Shown in pieces: positions 59,227 through 64,000 of a stretch of 64,000 nucleotides of DNA. The number at the start of each line of letters is the position of its first letter. Within the stretch, counting starts at the first letter, position 1. This DNA comes from Rebecca billardiae RCC1528 (lineage: Eukaryota; Protista; Haptophyta): positions 3,286,001-3,350,000 of the forward strand of contig OZ251225.1 in assembly GCA_965240325.2 (NCBI GenBank), written 5' to 3'. The notes below the pieces were generated by a model. It did no database searches. It was given only the letters and a program-made list of their open reading frames with translations, and was not told the DNA's origin. Made by a program: the position numbers and the translations under genes.

Positions 59227-60843
59227 ATGCGCGCTTCCGCATGGCGGATTCTCGCCTCCGACGTCGACGCGCTCGCGTGCGTCGTTGCACGCGTACCCGA
59301 CGACTACCTGATCGCGGCAGCTCTCACGTGTCGCTCGATGCACGCTGCTGTGCGTGCGACTGTGACCGATACGAAGACGATGTCCACATCTTATCGAGCC
59401 ATGCTTGCCGCGCCTACGCCCTTCGTCATGTGGGCATTTGCGCGCGGCGGCGCTCCTCGTGAGTGGGCTTGCGAGTTGGCTGCATCTGTGGGCCATCTCG
59501 AGGTGCTGCGGTGGGCGCAAACGCAAGGCCTGTTTGAGCAGACGTCTGCGCACATGTGTGCATATGCAGCGAAGGGAGACCAACTCGAGGTGCTTCAGTG
59601 GCTGCGTGCACAAGACCCGCCGTGCCCCTGGGGCGAGGAGACGTGCAACATTGCCGCGCGTGAAGGCCATCTTGAGGTGCTCCAATGGCTGCGCGCGCAA
59701 GACCCGCCGTGCCCCTGGGACGAGCGGACGTGCGAGTGCGCCGCAGCTGGAGGCCACCTCGAGGTGCTGCAGTGGATGCGCGCGCAAGACCCGCCTTGTC
59801 CCTGGGACGAGGAGACGTGCTACAGTGCCGCAAACACGGGCCATATCGAGGTGCTCCAGTGGCTGCTTGCACAAGACGACGCGCAAGTAGTCCCCTGGGA
59901 CGAGGAGACGTGCACATGGGCCGCTGATGGAGACCAACTCGAGGTGCTCCAGTGGCTGCGTGCGCAAGACCCGCCTTGTCCCTGGGACGAGCAGACGTGC
60001 AACAGAGCCGCAGCTGGAGGCCACCTCGAGGTGCTGCAGTGGATGCGCGCGCAAGACCCGTCTTGTCCTTGGGACGAGGAGACGTGCAACAGTGCCGCAG
60101 TGGAAGGCCATCTTGAGGTGCTCCAGTGGCTGCGCGCGCAAGACCCGCCTTGTCCCTGGGACGAGCGGACGTGCAACAGAGCCGCAGCTGGAGGCCACCT
60201 CGAGGTGCTGCAGTGGATGCGCGCGCAAGACCCGTCTTGTCCCTGGGACGAGGACACGTGCTACAGTGCCGCAAACACGGGCCATATCGAGGTGCTCCAG
60301 TGGCTGCTTGCACAACACGACGCGCAAGTAGTCCCCTGGGACGAGGAGACGTGCACATGGGCAGCGGATGGAGACCAACTCGAGGTGCTCCAGTGGCTGC
60401 GTGCGCAGGACCCCCCGTGCCCCTGGAGCACGCAGACTTTTGCCATTGCTGCATCTTCAGGTCGGCTCGAGATGCTCCAGTGGCTGCGCGCGCAAGACCC
60501 GCCTTGTCCCTGGGACGAGGAGACGTGCACCGACGCCGCAAGTGGAGGCCGTCTCGAGGTGCTCCAGTGGCTGCGTGCGCAAGACCCGCCTTGTCCCTGG
60601 GACGAGGAGACGTGCACCCACGCCGCAAGTGGAGGCCATCTCGAGGTGCTCCAGTGGCTGCGTGCGCAAGACCCACCGTGCCCCTGGGACGAGCAGACGT
60701 GCAACAGAGCTGCACGTGGAGGCCGTCTCGAGGTGCTGCAGTGGCTGCGCGCGCAAGACCCGCCGTGTCCATGGAACAGGCAGGATTGCACCCACGCCGC
60801 AAAAGATCATCCAGATGTACTTCAATGGCTGCGTGTAAACTGA
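59227..60843 (+). CDS. F-box-like + ankyrin-like repeat protein, copy 2 (538 aa, ~16 repeats)
   Basis: Paralog of 55495-56844 with near-identical N- and C-termini and flanks. Confidence 0.85.
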   Translation: MRASAWRILASDVDALACVVARVPDDYLIAAALTCRSMHAAVRATVTDTKTMSTSYRAMLAAPTPFVMWAFARGGAPREWACELAASVGHLEVLRWAQTQGLFEQTSAHMCAYAAKGDQLEVLQWLRAQDPPCPWGEETCNIAAREGHLEVLQWLRAQDPPCPWDERTCECAAAGGHLEVLQWMRAQDPPCPWDEETCYSAANTGHIEVLQWLLAQDDAQVVPWDEETCTWAADGDQLEVLQWLRAQDPPCPWDEQTCNRAAAGGHLEVLQWMRAQDPSCPWDEETCNSAAVEGHLEVLQWLRAQDPPCPWDERTCNRAAAGGHLEVLQWMRAQDPSCPWDEDTCYSAANTGHIEVLQWLLAQHDAQVVPWDEETCTWAADGDQLEVLQWLRAQDPPCPWSTQTFAIAASSGRLEMLQWLRAQDPPCPWDEETCTDAASGGRLEVLQWLRAQDPPCPWDEETCTHAASGGHLEVLQWLRAQDPPCPWDEQTCNRAARGGRLEVLQWLRAQDPPCPWNRQDCTHAAKDHPDVLQWLRVN

Positions 60844-60911
60844 AGCAGAAGGCGTGCTCGAGCGTGACACGTGCGCGCATTAGATGGTTTTATAAATAAG
60901 TGCCACTCCCA

Positions 60912-60946
<35 letters not shown>

Positions 60947-60966
60947 ATTATGTCAGGTAATAATAA

Positions 60967-62400
60967 TGATCGGCTACGCCGATCTTCGGGTAGTAAACAA
61001 CGAAGTTGAAGGCGCACGGCGGCCCTAGTTGTCGCGTTCCGATTACGGCCCTTGACCGTTGACGCGGTCACGGTCGGACGGTACGATCGAGTCTCGACGC
61101 ATGAGCGGATGAGCCGTGCAGCCGAGTCCGAGCCCGGACCATGCAGCCATGCTGCTGCTCAGTGTAACGGCGACGCAGCGAGGCAGAGCGGCGTGCAAGA
61201 TCCGACCTCACGGCCGCAGGAGCGCACGGCGCGAGCGGCCCGTGCACGGCGGCGAGCAGCCGAGCCGAAGCAGGGTAGGATAACCTCGACCGATGGCCCC
61301 GAGGCGGACTCGCGCCGACCCGAGCCGACCCACACCAGTCACCACACGTGCGCGGGCTGCTGCCACAGTGCCCGAGATTCCGAGACCCGTGGCCAGGCGG
61401 CGCACGCGTGCGCGCTGGCCTGGAACGCAGCAAGAGCGCCGCCGCCGTGCCGGTGCACGGCGGCGAGCAGCCGAGCCGAAGCACTGGGTAGGCCATAACC
61501 TCGACCGATGGCCCCGACGGACTCGCGCCGATCAGACCGCCCGCACCACACATGCGCGAGCTGCTGCCACAGTGCCCGAGATTCCGAGACCCGTGGCCAG
61601 GCGGCGCACGCGTGCGCGCTGGCCTGGAGCGCAGCAAGAGCGGCGCGGCCTGCAAGGTGCCAGTGCCTGCGCTGCTTTTTAGTGTTCGGCGCCGTGCGTG
61701 TGCGTGCTGCTTCATTCAATCAAGGCACGGAGGAGGTGAGGACGTGAGGAAGGCGCGCGGCGCAGAGAGATGTGCGAGGGCCGCTGCTGCTGCGCGCGTC
61801 GGCGCCGCGGCGTCGCGCCGCTGTGCTGTCGTGAGTGTCGGCCCGGAGCGCGAGGGCGACTCGGCGAGCACGCCATCACGTCGCGGAGTCGCGGACTCGC
61901 CGCCGCACCCGACCGCTGCTCGTGCCGCGCTGCATCATGCTTCAACATGCCGTGAGTTCAGCTGCGCGGCGTGCGGCGTGGCGCGCGCGGGCGCGCGCAT
62001 GGTCAGCTAGAAGCACAGCGAGAACGAGAACCGCGTCCTCGGCCCCCGGGTCCGGGACGCGGCAAGACCAGTCTCTCACGCGCAGACGATGAAGTTGGGG
62101 ACGAAAAGGCTTGGCAGCGGGGCGCGTGACCCGAGCTTGTGCCTCGGGGACGAAAAGGCTTGGCAGCGGGGCGCGTGACCCGAGCTTGTGCCTCACATCC
62201 AGCACCGCTCTGCCCCGAGCCCGAGTCGGACGGAGCGTGAGCGCGGTCCGCACGCGACGCCGGTCCGTGCCGTTCGGCCGCAGTGGGCCCCTCCCTCGCC
62301 TCTGGCTTCCGGGCGGGCCGCGGCAGCTTGTATTCACTGAATAGCATTTTCGTGAAAAATACCCGGAAAGCTCAGCTTTGAAAGCTGTCATATACTCTGT
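60967..62400 (-). mobile_element. Family B element, partial copy B3 (hairpin end at 60967; other boundary unclear)
   Basis: TGATCGGCTACGCCGATCTTCGGGTAG end; 61110-61206 homologous to 37620-37725; internal ~205-bp and ~49-bp tandem duplications. Confidence 0.6.
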
Positions 62401-62409
62401 ATATATTAA

Positions 62410-62465
62410 TGATCGGCTACGCCGATCTTCGGGTAGTGAACAACGACGTTCAGGCGAGTGAGGTG
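62410..62465 (-). mobile_element. Family B-type hairpin terminus B4 (variant subterminal IR; partner end not found in window)
   Basis: TGATCGGCTACGCCGATCTTCGGGTAGTGAACAACGACGTTCAGGCGAGTG next to an AT-rich tract. Confidence 0.7.
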
Positions 62466-64000
62466 CCCCGGGCACCTCAAGCGCGCGTTCGCGCAAAAGT
62501 CCGCACCGCCGATTTTTCACAGTGGGCGGCAATTTCTGGCGCGCTATTTTCTGATTTTCCGCCGTGCGTGGCGCCGCCGCGTCGCGCGCGCTCTCGACGC
62601 GCGCGAGCTGCGCGCGCGTGGCGGCGGGTTTGGCCGCGCGGCACTGGGACGGCTGGGTCCGCACGGCCGAGGAGGCCACTCTTGCCGCGGTGGTCGTGGC
62701 GCGGGGATGTCTCCGCCGCTCGCAAACCTCCCGCGAGCGCCTCGCGCCGCCTCGCGCCGCCTTCACGCCGTCTCCGCGCGCCAACTGCACGCTCTGGACG
62801 CCTCGGCGGCAGAGACGCGCGCGGCGCGGTTGTGTGCCGCGTAGACTGGGCCCATGCGCGTCCGCTGCCGGTGCGCCCCGACCACGCGCGCGCGCATCCC
62901 AGACCTCTCGCCTCACGCGTCGCCGCCGAGCACGGCCGTGCACCGCAGTCCGCCGTGGTGCCGCCCGCGCGGCCGAGCGAGCAGGCGGCGCGTTGTGGAG
63001 CGTGTGACGCGCGAGGCGGGAAGGCTTCAGAGCGCCCGAGCCACCGCCGACCGGCGGCGCGCACGCGATTGGCTCGAGCCATGGGCGCCGACGGCGCGCG
63101 CGCGCGCTGAGCCAGCTGAAGACTTGTGCGCCATGGCACGGCAGCCGCCAATCGCGGCGCGCGGGCGTGCTGTGCGGCAGGCGCGCTCGGTGCGGGCGCT
63201 TCGGGGCGTGGCCTCACGAGAACGGAGCCCCTGGAAGCGCGACGCCTGTGAGCTCGCCCCGGCCCGTGTGAGTGTGCGCGCATCTGTCAGCAGCACGGGG
63301 TGGCCGTCATCATGAGCCATGGCCTGGTCACTGCCGCGCTGGGTGTCGAGTGTCGACCAGGCACAAAGAACAAGCGAGCATGCGCACTTTTGAAGTTCTC
63401 GCATGCGTGGTGCGGCGCTGTGCGTGCACGATCATGCTGGTGCATGCGAGACCATTCAGCAGGGCTGTGCGCGTTATTGATCTCCGTACCGGCAGAAGGC
63501 TGCCGGCATCCCGGTGTCCAACGCTGCACCTACGCTGACACCTTGAGACGCTCTTGTCAGCCAGAAACGCGCGCTTCGAGCGCCGCGTGCCCAGGTAGCA
63601 CGACCCACTACTTCCTGGCTTACGTCAGACCATGTCGGATGACCTGAGCAGCAGTTGGCGTCATCGTGCGCGGGGGCGCGCGCAAGCCGGCTCTCACTCT
63701 GCCCAACGTGCGAGGGCGTAAGGCGGGGGCGTGTGCGCACGAATCGAGTGTCAGCAGCAGCGCTCGCTCGCGCTCACCGGCGAGAGACGTCTGCTCGCAA
63801 GTCGTCTGGGTCAGCAGGCTACCAGCCGTGATAGACGTTGCAGCAGATGGGTTGGAAGGCTCCACCGCACGCCGGGCACCAGGAGGGCGTGAGCGACCGC
63901 AACCGCAGCCGCGCCTGCGTCCGCGAGAGGGCTGAGCACCTGGACCTTGCGCGTCGCCCTGTCTGGGCGTTGGACCAGATGTCTGTACCCCGCCCTCAGC

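Noticed and set aside
55850-60830. Regularly spaced repeats with variable interiors resembling a CRISPR array
   Set aside because: They are in-frame 87-nt coding repeats; no cas genes; eukaryotic context
62470-64000. Possible genes at the right end
   Set aside because: No coherent ORF or recognisable domain; probably element interior or intergenic sequence

Overview
Very GC-rich eukaryotic nuclear DNA with short GT-AG introns and chlorophyll a/c-type light-harvesting genes. It is most consistent with a haptophyte alga, possibly Pavlovales; this is an inference, not a database result. The window holds about 22 protein genes, many in tight head-to-head pairs: a CNG/HCN-type channel, Sen15-like, PA200/Blm10, four near-identical Lhcz-like LHC genes in nested inverted repeats, a HAD hydrolase, LSM12, a GT-B-like protein, DNA ligase I-like, a 4TM protein, DUF676, a divergent Sar1/Arf GTPase, STIL-like, YiiD_C, a 7TM GRL-like protein, PRP38, TFIIH p44 and two F-box-like/ankyrin-like paralogs. 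The most interesting observations are: (1) a 4-exon gene encoding a multi-TM + TIR-like + TM + C-type lectin receptor; (2) two related families of 1.6-1.9 kb non-autonomous elements (5 complete, 2 partial) with asymmetric inverted repeats, a covarying double-hairpin end, swapped cargo and AT-microsatellite targeting, resembling Helentron/Helitron2; (3) two ankyrin-like paralogs that differ by reshuffled repeat modules; (4) an identical 95-bp structured element upstream of both the TIR gene and one ankyrin-like gene. All homology calls come from motif recognition by eye, and no searches were run.
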